The position numbers and the translations under genes are program-made. Positions 44,047 to 56,911 of a stretch of DNA of 64,000 nt are shown one piece after another (position 1 is the stretch's first letter; every line of letters begins with the position of its first letter). This stretch comes from Eutreptiella sp. 'Long Island Sound 2002' (Eukaryota; Protista; Euglenida), in assembly GCA_964036045.1 (NCBI GenBank), contig OZ038378.1, positions 180,420,001 through 180,484,000 of the forward strand. The letters run 5' to 3'. Below the pieces are notes generated by a model that ran no database searches, was not told the origin of the DNA, and saw only the letters and a program-made list of their open reading frames with translations.

Positions 44047-45362
44047 ATTTTGAGCTGCCTAGGGTGCAAAACTACATAAGCAGGTTGTGTACCGGCCCAT
44101 TCACTAGGCCATTATTGGTGGAAATAGTCATTTCCCGTCTTTGGCACCGGCATGGACCGGCCGTCGGCAGGGCTAGAGACTGCAAAAAATGTCCTTCCAT
44201 ATCCTAGTAGGCATATACTGTCACAACATCCCCACTCACACCCCTAAGAGTGGGTACCACAGGGTCACCGAGGTCGCCAAAACCGCCAACAGAGCAAAAA
44301 TGGCTGAAAAGTGCATAAACTGCATAAGCGCTCGTCCCACTCCGCCCCATACAAACCCCATAGAGTCGGGACCCGGAAACACTTTTTCGGCTCAAAATCG
44401 AAAAAAACCAAAAGACCCATGATTTTCGACCCAAAAAAAGGGGGGGTCATTTTTTTCGACATTTTTGACCCCCCCCCCCCCCCACCCCACCCCCACCCCC
44501 CCCCTCAAAGGCTCCAAAAAGTGGGTTTCAAGTGGGGGGGGTCTGGGGGGGTCTGGACCAAAAACTCATTGGGGGATGCGTTTATTGGACAAAATAATGA
44601 TTTTACAAGGGGTTAAACTAACAATTCAACCCTTTGGGGTAGGGTACGCGAATAGGCCCAAAAAGGCCAAAATGGGGGGGGTATGTGGCGTTTTCCCCAT
44701 ATATACACGTGCCTGGCTTTGATCTAACAACCTCTGCGAGGTGATTTTACCCATGTTCCCAATGATCAGCACGTCATGGGGATCATTTTGAGGTATGTAT
44801 GTTGGGGTACCCCCCCCCCCAAGCAGAGTGCTGAAGGAGGAGAAGGAAAGGACAAAAGGGAAAGAATCATTGTGGTCGTTAGAAGCCCCTGTCAGGAAAA
44901 TTATCCTGCAGATGCACACTCCAGCGCGCACAAGCCAGTGCTGGAGTCGGCAAACCCAGCTTGGACTCGGAGTGTGCATCTGGATGCACCTGGTCAACGG
45001 CATGGGCAACAGCCCGTCTCCGGGACAGCCGACCCCGGAGTAGCCAAAACAGGACAAGTCATCCGGGGGCTCCGTTGACACAACCAAAACACGTTCGGAT
45101 CCACAGAGGGTCAGAATCAGCAGTGGCGAGAGGCCAATAGGCACCGCCAAAGGCAAACAACCGAATACCGAGGCCTTTTGCCAACCCCCCCCCCCCCCCA
45201 GAATAGCAAGGGGGTGGGGAGCCCATGGTAGGGGGGTTTTGGAAAATGGGCTTGAAAGCCCCCCCCCCCCCCCTCAACCCAATTTTCTCCCCCCAACAGG
45301 GTCGAAGCAGTGGTCCAGTCGGTTGTCTGTGGCTCAGGCACATTTGGTGCTTGTTTTGGCAG

Positions 45363-45512
45363 GTGATTCAGTACCCAGGGCCGATTGCCACTCGGACAGC
45401 CGCGCAGCGCACAGCTGCACACTACCGTCTCCAAAGGGACCCACCGCGTATTGGCCTTCCAAAGGGTACGAGGGGTCCCTGTACACAGGGGCAGAGACGA
45501 CGCCTGTGACAG
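45363..45512 (+). CDS. Host repeat exon (150 nt, phase 1-1)
   Basis: ttggcag|...acag|gtcttt; GDSVPRADCHSDSRAAHSCTLPSPKGPTAYWPSKGYEGSLYTGAETTPVT is homologous to the 53239 exon. Confidence 0.65.
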
Positions 45513-45731
45513 GTCTTTGTGGCAGATTGCAAGCGGCATGCGGCATGTCACGAGGGTTGTGGAAGTGGGAAGTGTGACAAGGGCCAGGCAGGCCTGTGCT
45601 TGAAGGGAGGGGGGATCCCCCCCCCCCTTTGGAAGTATTGAAATGGCCGTACACTGTGGGAGGAGGGGTACCTCCCCCCTGGACCCCCCCCCACCCCCAG
45701 ACCAAAGTGATCATAGTGGGAAAAAACGAAA

Positions 45732-46966
45732 ATTCTATTGCCTTCGGCAAGTCCACCTTGCAGAGAATCTACTCCAAGCAATGCACACACAAAATAGGGA
45801 AAAAACGACATAAATACGGGCTAAAACATGCTTTACATACCTTGGATGGTCATTTTAGGTGATCATGGTATCAAAAAAATAAGTTACGAAAACTTCGATT
45901 TTTGAGCTGCCCAGGGTGAAAAACCGCATAAGCAGGTTGTGTACCAATCCCTTGGGAGACCGCCCCCCCCCCCCAAGACCCCCCCCGCGCGCCCAAAGGT
46001 GAAAAACACATAAATACGGCCTAAAACATGCTTTCCATAGCTTGGATGGTCATTTTAAGTGATCGCAATATCAAAAAAATAAGTTTCGAAAACTTCGATT
46101 TTTGAGCTGTCCAGGGTGAAAACCTGCATAAGCAGGTTGTGTACCAATCCCTTGGGAGACCCCCCCCCCCCCCCCGGACCTAATACCCAAATAGGGTGAA
46201 AAACACATAAATACGGCCTAAAACATGCTATATACCTTGGATGGTCATTTTAGGTGATCACAATATCAAAAAAAATAAGTTTCGAAAACTTCAATTTTTG
46301 AGCTGCACGGGGTGAAAAACTACATAAGCAGGTTGTGTACCGGCCCATTCACTAGGCCATTATTGGTGGAAACAGTCATTTCGCGTCCTTGGCACGGGTT
46401 GTGCCCGGCTCTCAGCAAGGCTAGAGACTGCAAAAAACGTCCTTCCATATCCTAGTAGGCATATACTGTCACAGCATCCCCACTCACACCCCTCAGAGTG
46501 GGTACCACGGGGTCACCGAGGTCTCCAAAACCGCCAACATAGCAAAAATGGCTGAAAAGTGCATAAACTGCATAAGCGCTCGTCCCACTCCGCCCCTTAC
46601 AAACCCCATAGAGTCAGGACCCGGAAACACTTTTTCGGCTCAAAATCGAAAAAAACCAAAAGACCCATGAATTTTGACCCAAAAAAAGGGGGGGTCATTT
46701 TTTTTTTGACCCATCCCCCCCCACCTCCCTCAAAAGCTCCAAAAAGTGGGTTTCAAGTGGGGGGGTCTGGGGGGGGTCCAGACCAAAAACTCATTGGGGG
46801 ATGCGTTTATTGGACAAAATAATGATTTTACAAGGGGTTAAACTAACAATTCAACCCCTTGCCGTAGGGTACGCGAATAGGCCCAAAAAGGCCCAAAATG
46901 GGGGGTATGTGGCGTTTTCCCGTATATACACGTGCCTGGCTTTGATCTAACAACCTCTGCGAGGTG
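45732..46966 (-). mobile_element. Same Helentron-like family, stand-alone copy E4 (1235 bp)
   Basis: Same termini (left subTIR with one mismatch), about three 182-bp units plus the ~620-bp block, and A^A flanks. Confidence 0.8.
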
Positions 46967-47439
46967 ATTTACCATCACAATTTTTTTGGGGTCCCAGACG
47001 CCCCCCCTCCCCCCTCTAACTTTCGTCCCCCCCCCCCCCTTCTTTCTTGGACAGGACGCTCTGCTCTGCTAGCTGCCTCCATCCCAACTGCTCTGCAACC
47101 GTTTGTACTTGCCAGAAATTGCCACCCAACTGCTGTTCCAACTGCAGGTAAACACCTTTTCAACCTTTCCAACTGCTCATGCCCACACACAAGTTCCGGG
47201 GGAGGGGGTCGAGTGGCGTCCAGCGCCAGTATTGGTGTCCCCAACCCCCAGGGGATTTGTCACCAAATGGGGGTGTCCAGACCCCCCCCCCCCCCCCCCG
47301 GAACATGAAACACCCTGCCTGGAGCACTGGGTGCCCTGCACAATGCACTGAATGGAGTATTGTCTTTCATGTTGTGCTGTTGTCCAAAGGGCGAGATGAA
47401 ACGTGTAGTTTTCACCGTGGAATGCTGTTGCAATTCATT

Positions 47440-47770
47440 TGCACACAAAGTTGACACAAAAATTACATCACATGGTTTTTCAACAGTGTGCCGCGATTTA
47501 AAGTGTCAGAGGAAAGAGGCATCAATCGCGTCTCTTACAACGTTGGAAATCCCCTTTATTTTCTGACACAAATTTGCACCTAATTTGTACGGAATCACCA
47601 GAACGCTGACAAAAACTAACGCCATTTCGCCAATCTCGGCATATGTGTGTTGCTTTGCTGACTTTGTGATAGGAATAAAAAGCCAAAGAAATTGTTTTCC
47701 ACTCTTGTTGATAGTGGTTGACGCCAAAACTGACCTCCAAACCAAAGCAAGCAACGGGCACAGCCAAGGT
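47440..47770 (-). pseudogene. Degenerate hAT-type transposase fragment
   Basis: Two overlapping minus-strand frames give SFGVNHYQQEWKTISLAF and KQHTYAEIGEMALVFVSVLVIPYKLGANLCQKIKGISNVVRDA, resembling the hAT core (S-x-G-V-T-x-H...W; HT...I...L..Y.L...KI). Assessed by eye only. Confidence 0.4.
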
Positions 47771-48429
47771 CTCTCTCAGTGTATGATTGAGTTTGAACCG
47801 GTTTCGCCTCTATGGGCCTCCTTAGCAAACACACATGGCTGAAACACAGAAATATGCACAGCGAAAATAGCATAATTCAGAAAAATAGCAATACAATGTG
47901 TGTCATGCCAAAAACACAATGTCAGCACACAGAAGAACATCAAATTCAGTATTGGCGGTTCTGCAATGCTACGCTCGCCGCCGCTGCACAGAAAAACTGT
48001 TTGACTGAAGTTAGTGGTCTCAAGATAGCATAAAGTTTAGCACTGTGCTGTAGGAAGGGCAATCTGTGTGCCAGGCGGTGAACAACAAGTGGCCACGACA
48101 CCGGCACTGCTGAACGATGCCACGCCCTCAGGACATGTACGCGGGGGATTCCCACCCACCCACCCACCACCCCCCATGTTCCAAACCACTAATAGATTGC
48201 TCACACTGTGACAGCGACGTCGAGACATCAGGCACATTCTGATCAGGCACCCGCTGGCGACGAGGAATTGGTATCCTATCTCAGTCTTTCCATGATAAGA
48301 GATTAGAATGGATCACTGAATCAGGGTCCAATAACGACAGAGCAGAAACCAGTCTCGTCCGGCACACCCTGAAGAATGACTACTCAGAGCAAATCTGGAG
48401 ATATCTAATACACCCCCCCCCCCCTGATC

Positions 48430-48735
48430 CACTTGCATTTAATGTGTCTTGGGAAGGTTTGATCTCCAAGGCAAGTAGGCACAACCTCGACAGAACACAC
48501 TCGTGCGCAGCGGGGTCACTGACACAATCAGGACATCGAGAAATGGTATGTTACCACGTGCAGCATTAACACAAAAGGACAATGGTAGATGTGGCGGGTA
48601 AACACGCGTGAGCTGCTCCTGAACACTTGACACTGTCACAGAGATTGGGTGTAGCAGCAACCCATCATCGATGTAACGGAACAAAAGGAGATGTGGCGGC
48701 AGGGGGTTTTGCAGTTCAAACATTCTGAGCACCAG
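48430..48735 (-). pseudogene. Penelope-like RT C-terminal remnant
   Basis: LFRYIDD...YPPHLPLSF...IPFLDVLI...LRTSVF...AYLPWRSNLP follows the PLE pattern RYVDD...P.L.FT...LPFLD...L.T.VY...YL...S.HP. Stops follow. Confidence 0.7.
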
Positions 48736-49224
48736 TGGTGCTTAGTTTTTAGAGGCACCGAAAGGTTCTTGTCTAAACTAATGGGCGCCAATGGGGCCCA
48801 ATGGTACCCACTCCTGTCGCACCCATAACTGAGTAGGAACCAGCTGCGTCCCACATCTGACCAGGGCTCCTATTAGCCCCCCCCCCCCCCCCCGGTGGTG
48901 CTGAGTTTTTATAGGCACCGAAAGGTTTTTGTCTGGAATCAAATTCACGAATAAAATGGATTTTATGTCCCGTTGCACCAGCTTTACCCCCCCCCCCCCC
49001 TCCGCCCCCTGCTTGGCAGCCAGCACCAACACCAACAAGTGCCTCCCTTTTTCACTGGGCTCATGCTCGCTGTTGCACTGGCTTTTTCCCAACTACGATG
49101 GCGGGTCCGGGCTCCAAGCTCCAGGGAGACAGAAGCAGTTGTCAGCGGGCATCGTCAACTGCCCATGTCAACCATCACCGGCCGTCCTTGTCCGTGGCAT
49201 GTCAACCCCCAGTGGGAAACGCAT

Positions 49225-49507
49225 TTTGGCACCTCTTTCTCTCTCTCTCTCTCTCTCTGTATGTGTCTGTGTCTGTGTTTAGTGTCTATGTGTTGTAGTT
49301 GTGCTCTGTGCGAGTGTGCGTGTGCGTGCATGCGTTTGGGTGTGTGTGCGTGTGCATGTGTGCGTGTGCGCATGTGTCTGCGTCTGTGTTCCGCATGAGT
49401 ATGTATGTGAGTGAGTGAGTGAGTGTGTGTATTCTGAGTAAGTCAGAGTATGTGTGTTTTGTCTTTGAGTGAGTGAGTGAGTGTATGTGTGTGTCCCTTT
49501 CTGTGTA

Positions 49508-49541
<34 letters not shown>

Positions 49542-49790
49542 TGTCTGCGTCTGTGTTCCGCATGAGTATGTGGGTGTTTTCAGTGAGAAGAGAGAGTGTG
49601 TGTTTTGAAGAGAGAGTGTGTGTTTTGAAGAGAGAGTGTGTGTTTTGAGTGAGTGAGTGAGTGAGTGAGTGAGTGAGTGAGTGTGTGTATTCTGAGTAAG
49701 TCAGATTATGTGCGTTTTGTCTTTGAGTGAGTGAGTGAGTGTGTGTGTGTGTGTCCCTTTCTGTGTATTTGTGTGTGTGTGTGTGTTTGT
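49225..49790. repeat. Compound (CT)n/(GT)n/(GAGT)n microsatellite with an internal ~120-170-bp duplication
   Basis: Simple-repeat runs; 49375-49540 partly recurs at 49542-49790. Confidence 0.9.
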
Positions 49791-50031
49791 GTCTTGCACC
49801 ATTGATTTTTCATACGAAGAATCCAACAGGGTCCTTGTGGAAGTTAACAAAAAGGAGCACCCTCCTCCGCTGTCTGCGGTGCCCCCCTTCTATTGTGCAC
49901 TGCGTGTACCAGTCTTCCAGTGCTCACTCAAATTTTGACACCAGATCTGTCATCTGCTGATTGCCAAATCACATAAACCCGCACCCATCACTCCGGCCGA
50001 GTGCTGTGCCCCCTTTGGCTTCGTTGTGTAG

Positions 50032-50133
50032 GTGACGGATCCCCTGGCCGTGTGGTACACAGCTACACGCTACCCTCTCAATCGCCATCTAAATTGACGG
50101 CGCCATCCAAACCGATAGAGCCCCCTGAGGCAG
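50032..50133 (+). CDS. Host repeat exon, short variant (102 nt, phase 1-1)
   Basis: gtgtag|GT GAC...GCA G|gttgtc; GDGSPGRVVHSYTLPSQSPSKLTAPSKPIEPPEA. Confidence 0.6.
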
Positions 50134-51881
50134 GTTGTCTTACTGGGCATACACCCGTGCTGTTCCTTGAAGCTCAGAGGGAGTCCAGGGCATACCGTCT
50201 GTGTTAGGTGGGTGGGTTGGCGGGTAACACTGCTGAGATGGGGTGGTACATCTGGGTGTGCGGCCGAGACACTTGTGGGACGGTGCGTGTGTGTGCACGC
50301 GCGTGCATGTGTGAGTGCGGCACTGGTGGAGCAGTGCGAGAGAGAGAGAGAGAGATAATGATACTACCCTCTCCCAGGCTGCAGTAGCATGACCACAATG
50401 GGCAGGATGTGTGACTGTTCAAGGATAAAGCCCCGGGCCATTGCTTCATTCTACTGCGCATTCGTAGGGCAACTCGGTCCCTGTCACGACATCACCTCCG
50501 GGTGTGAAATGCCATGGTCACACGCATGTGTCTGTATAGTGCATACACACCCCTGGCATGCAGTACGCCCCACGGGATCCAGCAGTTACTCCATCACCTC
50601 CAGTTATGACCAGCAGAGGTCACATGCATATGTCAGCATGGTGCATACAGACCACTGGCGTGCAGTATGCCCCAGGGGACTCGATTTAAACGTGGTCCGT
50701 GCTTGTGATTCACAATTCAGACCCGGCGGAACAGTGCTTGCTCTCCCACAGACTGACTGGCATGGCTTGACAGAAGCAACACTGCTCTACTGCAGAAAGG
50801 TGCCTAGCCTCGAACAATGTTTCTGTTTTTGTTTTGATTGGCCTGACAAGGTGTTTGGAGAACTTTGCTCACTGGGCCTCTGGTCGTTGGTTCATCTGTT
50901 TCCCTCACCAAGTGTGTGTGTGTGGGTGTCTGTGGGTGGGGCACTGGTGGGGTTGTTGGTAGGTACATGGATGAGTGGGTGAATGTAGGACGCACACCTG
51001 GATGTGATGGGGTGGGCGGGTTGTTGGCACACTGCCCAGGGTGAGCGGAGGGTGGGGGATGTGGGTGAGAGCATTGTTGGCTGTGGGTGGGATGTTTTGG
51101 TGGCCCAAGAGCCACGCCAGGGGCTGCTCTTGCCGGAGCGAAGAGGGTGTAGTTTCGGCCTATGCTGCAATGAGTGGGAGGCCGGCGGGGGTCTCAACAC
51201 CCAATGCAAGGCATCTACTGCCAGTGGGAACAGTGGTCGGGTGGGGGGGGTAAAGGGCACGTCCCGGCGGTTACAAAACGGTTTGAGGGCGCATGGGGGC
51301 GGCTGCAGTGGAATGGGCGATTACTCTCGGAAGGGGGTCACCCTTTGAACAGTAAATTTGAGATATGCTGTAGCAGAGGCAGTTTCAGGCTCTTCCTCAT
51401 CCATGTCAGTGTAGATGTAACCCCAGTCCCCACGCACAACCCTCGGGGGTTATGGGACTGCAGATTAATGCAAGGGTCAAAAGGGGGTGGGGTGGTTATA
51501 GGCCAGGGCCCAATCTTTTCTCCTTTGGCGCTTCGTGGCATGTGTTGTGTATTTCCGCAAGCCATCAGGACAAAGTATTTTGGTGGGTGAAGGTGCCCTC
51601 ACAAGAGCACAGCAACCGCTGAATCATTTTCCGGCGTTTCTGAAAGTTCAAAAGAGTATGGGGCAGCATAGTTCTTCCCAAATGGGGGTGGGGCTGAAAG
51701 CCACAGGTACAGTATGGGGCTGCTAAGGAATGGAAAGCGCGTCCTGGAATGGAAAGAGCGCGTCCTGGTATTCTGGCACTCGCGATCTGCTCCGTCTCTC
51801 TAAATATTCATGACATCTGTCCAGCATAGCCACGATGCGGTGCACGTGCCTCTGCACAATTCCATCTTTGCTGTGTTGCAG

Positions 51882-52022
51882 TGCCCATCAAGCGCCGCCA
51901 TTCGATCGTCCGTGCGGCGCACAGCTTCACGATCCCGCCTTCTCGTGGTCAAGTCACATATTTGCCGCCCTGCTCTCAAGGCAGCGCGTTGCCCACAAAA
52001 CCGGCAGAGGCCCCATTAGCAG
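51882..52022 (+). CDS. Host repeat exon (141 nt, phase 1-1)
   Basis: gttgcag|...GCA G|gtcgtg; PIKRRHSIVRAAHSFTIPPSRGQVTYLPPCSQGSALPTKPAEAPLA. Confidence 0.65.
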
Positions 52023-52079
52023 GTCGTGGACGTGTGGCAGACCATGGCAGTGTGATTGGGACAGCGAGGGCAGAGTAAT

Positions 52080-52242
52080 GGAGGGCACTGGAGGGCACTA
52101 AGGAGCACTGCAGTGGAGGGCAGTGGGGGGGGGGGGTAGTGGAGGGCAGTGGATAGCAGTGGGGGGCAGTGGAGGGCAGTGGGGGGCAGTGGGGAGGGCA
52201 GTGGGGAGGGCAGTGGGGAGGGCAGTGGGGAGGGCAGTGGAG
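52080..52242. repeat. G-rich ~12-bp minisatellite (GAGGGCAGTGGG)n
   Basis: Repeated gggcagtggg(ga) units. Confidence 0.9.
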
Positions 52243-53238
52243 CAGTGTGGCATGGGGCAAGGTAAAGGACAGGGCTTCGAAGGAACAGGCATTGGCAGCA
52301 CAGGTCAGCGCGGGACTCCGGCACAGATTGTTTGTTTTTGAGAAAGCACAGCTCTTTGGATTGGCCAAGCGCCGGCCTCTGAACGCCGCGACCCTCCGGA
52401 GTGCAGGTGGTGTGAACGCGGTAAGTGCTGGCATCCGTGGGGGAGTGTGCGTCATGGGGGCAGTATGCCGTGGATATGATATCTGTAGTGGCACTACGGG
52501 TGTCACGCACAAAACCGGGTGGACTGCAGTACCAGTCTTGGTGACGGGTGGGTGCCTTTTCAGGACCCTGTACACTGTACAAGTACACAGATGGCGCTGC
52601 TTGGGGGTGGAGGTGGGTATCATTTGAGTGCCGATCCCAAGGGTTGGGTTTGTGCTCTTCTTTGGGCGCTGGGATGAGGGGGGGTTTGGACCAACAAAAG
52701 CGACCAGTCTTGGTCTTTGCACGCAACCCCCCCCCCCCCCCACAACCAACCCGAAGTGCCAACCCGCCCTGGTGGACAAGTCCGTGAGAAAGGGGATGAC
52801 CATAGGACAGCAGCAGCCTTGTCTCCCCCGCCATATGTTTTTGATAGCCCCCTCCCCTCCGCCCGACTGAACTTAAGCAATCAAAGGATGTTGGCGCCGA
52901 AGGCGCTTGATTTGTTTCTTTGCACGCCATGCGTTTTGAAGATATTGATAATTTGTATTTCGTGGCCGTGCATTGTGTTTGCTGGTTGCTTCCTTGTCGA
53001 GGTGCAGACTGGTGGTGATGATTGTTTCATGTTGTGTCTCGCTGTTGTCTCCAAGGCTGCCATACCCCAATGCCCCCCCCAAACCCTCCGATCCCCCCCC
53101 CCCCCCCCGTGAGATTATCACCACGCCTTTTGTGTGGCATCTCAAGTGGCATTCCTAGACCCTATGACCCCACCTCCCTCCTGTCCCAGTTTCCATCATG
53201 CAGCCGGGGGCTTTCATGTCGCCACCTTCCCACTGCAG

Positions 53239-53385
53239 GTGAAGGAATGCCTGTTACTGTCTCCCATGGGGCAGCACGGGCGGTGCACAGCTACACAATA
53301 CCCTCCTCAAGTGGAGCCTCGTATTTGCCCACAAGGTCGACTGTGGAAGCGTCGCTGCCCAAAGTGGCTGACAACCCAGTCACAG
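53239..53385 (+). CDS. Host repeat exon (147 nt, phase 1-1)
   Basis: ctgcag|...ACA G|gtgtgt; GEGMPVTVSHGAARAVHSYTIPSSSGASYLPTRSTVEASLPKVADNPVT. Confidence 0.7.
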
Positions 53386-54117
53386 GTGTGTGCATGAGAT
53401 CCGTAAGGAGGCTTCAGCATGCGATGTCCGCAGCTCAGCGGTGGTGCACGCGTGTGGTGTGCTTCGGAGGTGCTGACCACACACGGGGCACAAGTGGGGA
53501 CCTGCCCCCCCCCCCCCCCCCTCCCCTCCTGGTGCGGACCACCCTTGGGGAGCTGCAGATTTCGCCTACACAGTAGGGCCAACAAACGTTATGGCTCGTT
53601 GGGTGCTTTGAGATGTTCATTCATGAGCCTGCCAGAGTCTCCTGTTTTTGTACTCATTTATGGTGAGTGGTCAACCGTTATTACTCCACCCGCTTGTGTG
53701 TACTGGAGCGCAATGGGACTTCAAATATGCTTCACAAAACCGATAATTCCCCCCCAGACTCCGCTAGTGGTCAAGAGCAAATTTTCCTGTTTTGAAAAGA
53801 CTTTGTGGAAGCGGCGATTGTCCCAGTCTGAACTACGAAGAACATGTTTCCGAACGTCTCCATTACAAACACCGCAAACAATTGCATCTTGAAATCTCAA
53901 GGAGTGCGTACACCCCGAAGTGCCAAATGGCCTTTGTGCTGTGCGTTATGGCCAATGTCCCATGCCAAAAGCGTGGGTCATCTTGTTGGCACTCAGCGCA
54001 TCCTCCCATTCCCCCTTGGGCATTGAACCCATTTTCCCGATGCCACAAGTCGCTGCAACGTTTGGTGTAGTCCTTGGCATTCCATTTACAGTCTTAAGGT
54101 CCAGAGTCTTGACTGTA

Positions 54118-54464
54118 CCCTTTGTGAACGGCCCTTAAAGGAACTTTTGAATGAGAATGCGAATTTGCACCATTTTCGGCAAAATTCGCGCGAATTTGGC
54201 ATATTCGCGCAAAAATCACGCGATTTTCGCGAATGCGAATGCGCACGAGGATGTGAATGTGAATGCGAATCTTTTTTTTTTTTGCGAATTTAGGCTAAAT
54301 TAGGCTATATTCGAATTACAAGTCACGTCTTTTGAATTTTTATGAGTTTTTGAAAAAGCAAGCACAAGCACAGCAAATGGGCACAAAGACAAGGTACCAC
54401 GGGCAAAACGGGCAAAAAATCAACAAAGTGAGCGTTCTCATTCAAAAGTTCCGTTCACAGGGGG
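54118..54464. mobile_element. MITE with long TIRs and TA target duplication (Tc1/mariner-type)
   Basis: tgTA|ccctttgtgaacgg..gaacttttgaatgagaa ... ttctcattcaaaagttc cgttcacaggggg|TAca; internal gcgaat motifs. Confidence 0.8.
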
Positions 54465-54968
54465 TACAACGGCCATGCCTGAGGCCTGGATGGTAGGTGT
54501 TTGGGGTTAGCCCCCGTGTTGACACCCACCGCTTTTGCAGTGGCGGGAACATGGAGTGTCATAGGTTTGCATGCTCCTTCGGGTGCTTATCCTGCGGCGC
54601 CTGCGGCACTTGCGGCGCACCCTGCAACGTGCAATTTGGGTAATTATCTTGGAACAGAGGCAATATAGTGGAACATACACACATGCGTTTTTTATGTAAC
54701 GTGTACCCCTATACACCCCTTCTCCCCATTTTTGCTACTATTTTTACCTTTTTGGGCCTTTTCCCCTCGCAAATGGTACTTTTGTTGCCCGTCCCCAATA
54801 TGGAATGGGCCGTGTATGAACTTTGCGTCGTCCCTGCTTTGGGCACTCCTAAGACGGCAAGGGTTAGGTAGCACAGGTGTGGTTGCTAGCTAGGACCCGA
54901 CCCCAAGGGGGGATGGGGGGGTCCCCTGGGGGGACCCCCTCTCTGTGGACCCCAAAATGGTTCTGCGG

Positions 54969-55003
<35 letters not shown>

Positions 55004-56911
55004 GCACGCACGCATGCACGCACGCACGCACCCACGCACCCACGCACGCACCCACCCACCCACCCACAACAATGGGTTTTGTGGGCTTTGGAGGTAATCT
55101 GCTAAACTAAGCTAAACGAAACCTATGGTGGCGTGTAAGAGTGCTTGGAGCGCCAGATCGAGCAAGACGAGGCACTATACAAATGTCGTTTGTTGCTCGT
55201 TGAAGATCCCGCCCTCGAGCTCAGCCCTGGCTTGATGTGGCAGTGCCGTAGTCTCTCCTTTGTAGAGAACGATGGTGTCAATAGATCAATGTGCACGGAA
55301 CTTTTTTGTTCCGGTGTATATATTTCCCAGACAGTGTACACTCAAGCTAATTACCCTTACCCTGCGGCACCTGCGGCGCGCAGAACGCGCTCCCAAGGAC
55401 AAACTGATTTTTAGTCGATGGGAGTGGGTAGTTGTCCCTCGGCTCACAAGTGCTGCTTCTGCCCCTTGGCGTCCCTGTTATGCCGGCGCCAGCAATGTTT
55501 CATTCCCATGACAGGGTGCTCAACACCACTAATAGACATGCAACACAGGGTCACAGGGTTTTAGATTCCCAAATGTTACACGGGAACTTGACTAGCAATG
55601 AGCTCTTGGTTGATTGGGGTACAATGGTGCACATGCATGGGGAAACCGTCAACACATTCATCGGCAAGGGATGGTCGGTGTTCTCAACCCTACTGGTGGG
55701 ACAAGGTAACTGGATTCATATGACTACCATACCTCTCATCCACCCCCAAGTTAGTGGTGACTGGTACCATGCACAGACTAAAATACAACCCTCTCTCAAC
55801 CCCCCCCCCCCCCCCAAAAGCACACAACTGCTGAGGCCCATAGACAACCAACCACCTTGACCGCACCACCTTTATGGAACAACTAGGGACACCCTTCCAA
55901 CAACCAATAAGCCCATCCCAACCGGATGTCCTCTTCAAGGGACTGCCTGTTGACGGGCAACAAAAGGAGAGGGTCTACCGGCAATTATTCACCCCTGCCA
56001 CATCACACAGTGTGTATTACGGACTGTACAATTCATCGAAAAACAGGCAAGCCCCTCCCGTGAAATTCATTGTGACATCAAACCATGGTAATAAACCACC
56101 TCTGCCACATCACAATGCAACACATCACAAATCAACATGGCTAAAATAACCCCTACCTCACATTGGGCTATCATTTCTTGTTCCCCAACAATCATCCAAC
56201 GCATCATTGCGCCTCTCGCTCTGGTACGCTGCCTTGAAATGGGTCAACAGAGCCTGCATTGAAATGGTTCAGCACAGCCTGCCACGAATGTAGAGGTAGA
56301 ATACCCAAGGTGGTTGTGACTTGCTAGAGAAACATCAACGAGCCTTGGTGTGGTTTTTTTTTTAGCCTCACACCACATTTTCATGTTGAATCATTTGACA
56401 CCCCAACCATCTGATTGTGCAACCACACTTGCATGTTGCACCCAAGAAGCTTCATCTTCATCTTTTTTTCAGCATTTTCTTCTTTCAACCAACCCATAGG
56501 AAAAAGACACAATCGGTGGGAGAGCACCAGAAGAAGTCCGTTTGAAGCATCAAGTGACCTCTGAGAGCAGCACACAGGCTCGTAAATCACAATTGGAAAA
56601 ATATGTAGTTGACCACCTCGAGCACCAACATTATGTCTCCCGCATTCTTCCAGATTGCCGCAAAAAAGACATGAAGAACGCTGAAAAACACACAGTAAAA
56701 GCCGCAAGGGTAAAGAAAAATATACAAAAAAAAACAAAAAGGACAACATACGCCCCCCCCCCCCCCGCCCCCGAGTAGTTGCCGTGACTTTTATTCGTGC
56801 GTGGTGCTTATTTCCTTGCACGCTCCCCTAGCCTAGTGTCAATGTTTGGGCCCAACTCGTGAGGTTATTGGTCTGTGAGGTGGTGAATCTGCTTGCCTTT
56901 CTGACTCGCAG

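Larger units (their letters stand above)
39639..44743 (-). mobile_element. Non-autonomous Helentron/DINE-1-like element, outer copy E1 (contains E2 and E3)
   Basis: Left end attctattgccttcggcaagtc-cacctcgcagag (hairpin TTGCC-TTC-GGCAA plus subTIR); right end ctctgcgaggtg (inverted subTIR). Flanks rejoin A^A with no TSD. Internal ~182-bp tandem repeats plus a ~620-bp block. Confidence 0.75.

Noticed and set aside
48230-48430. Hammerhead ribozyme near the Penelope-like remnant (ctgaaga)
   Set aside because: There is no downstream GAAA with compatible stems, and the motif is on the strand opposite to the RT.
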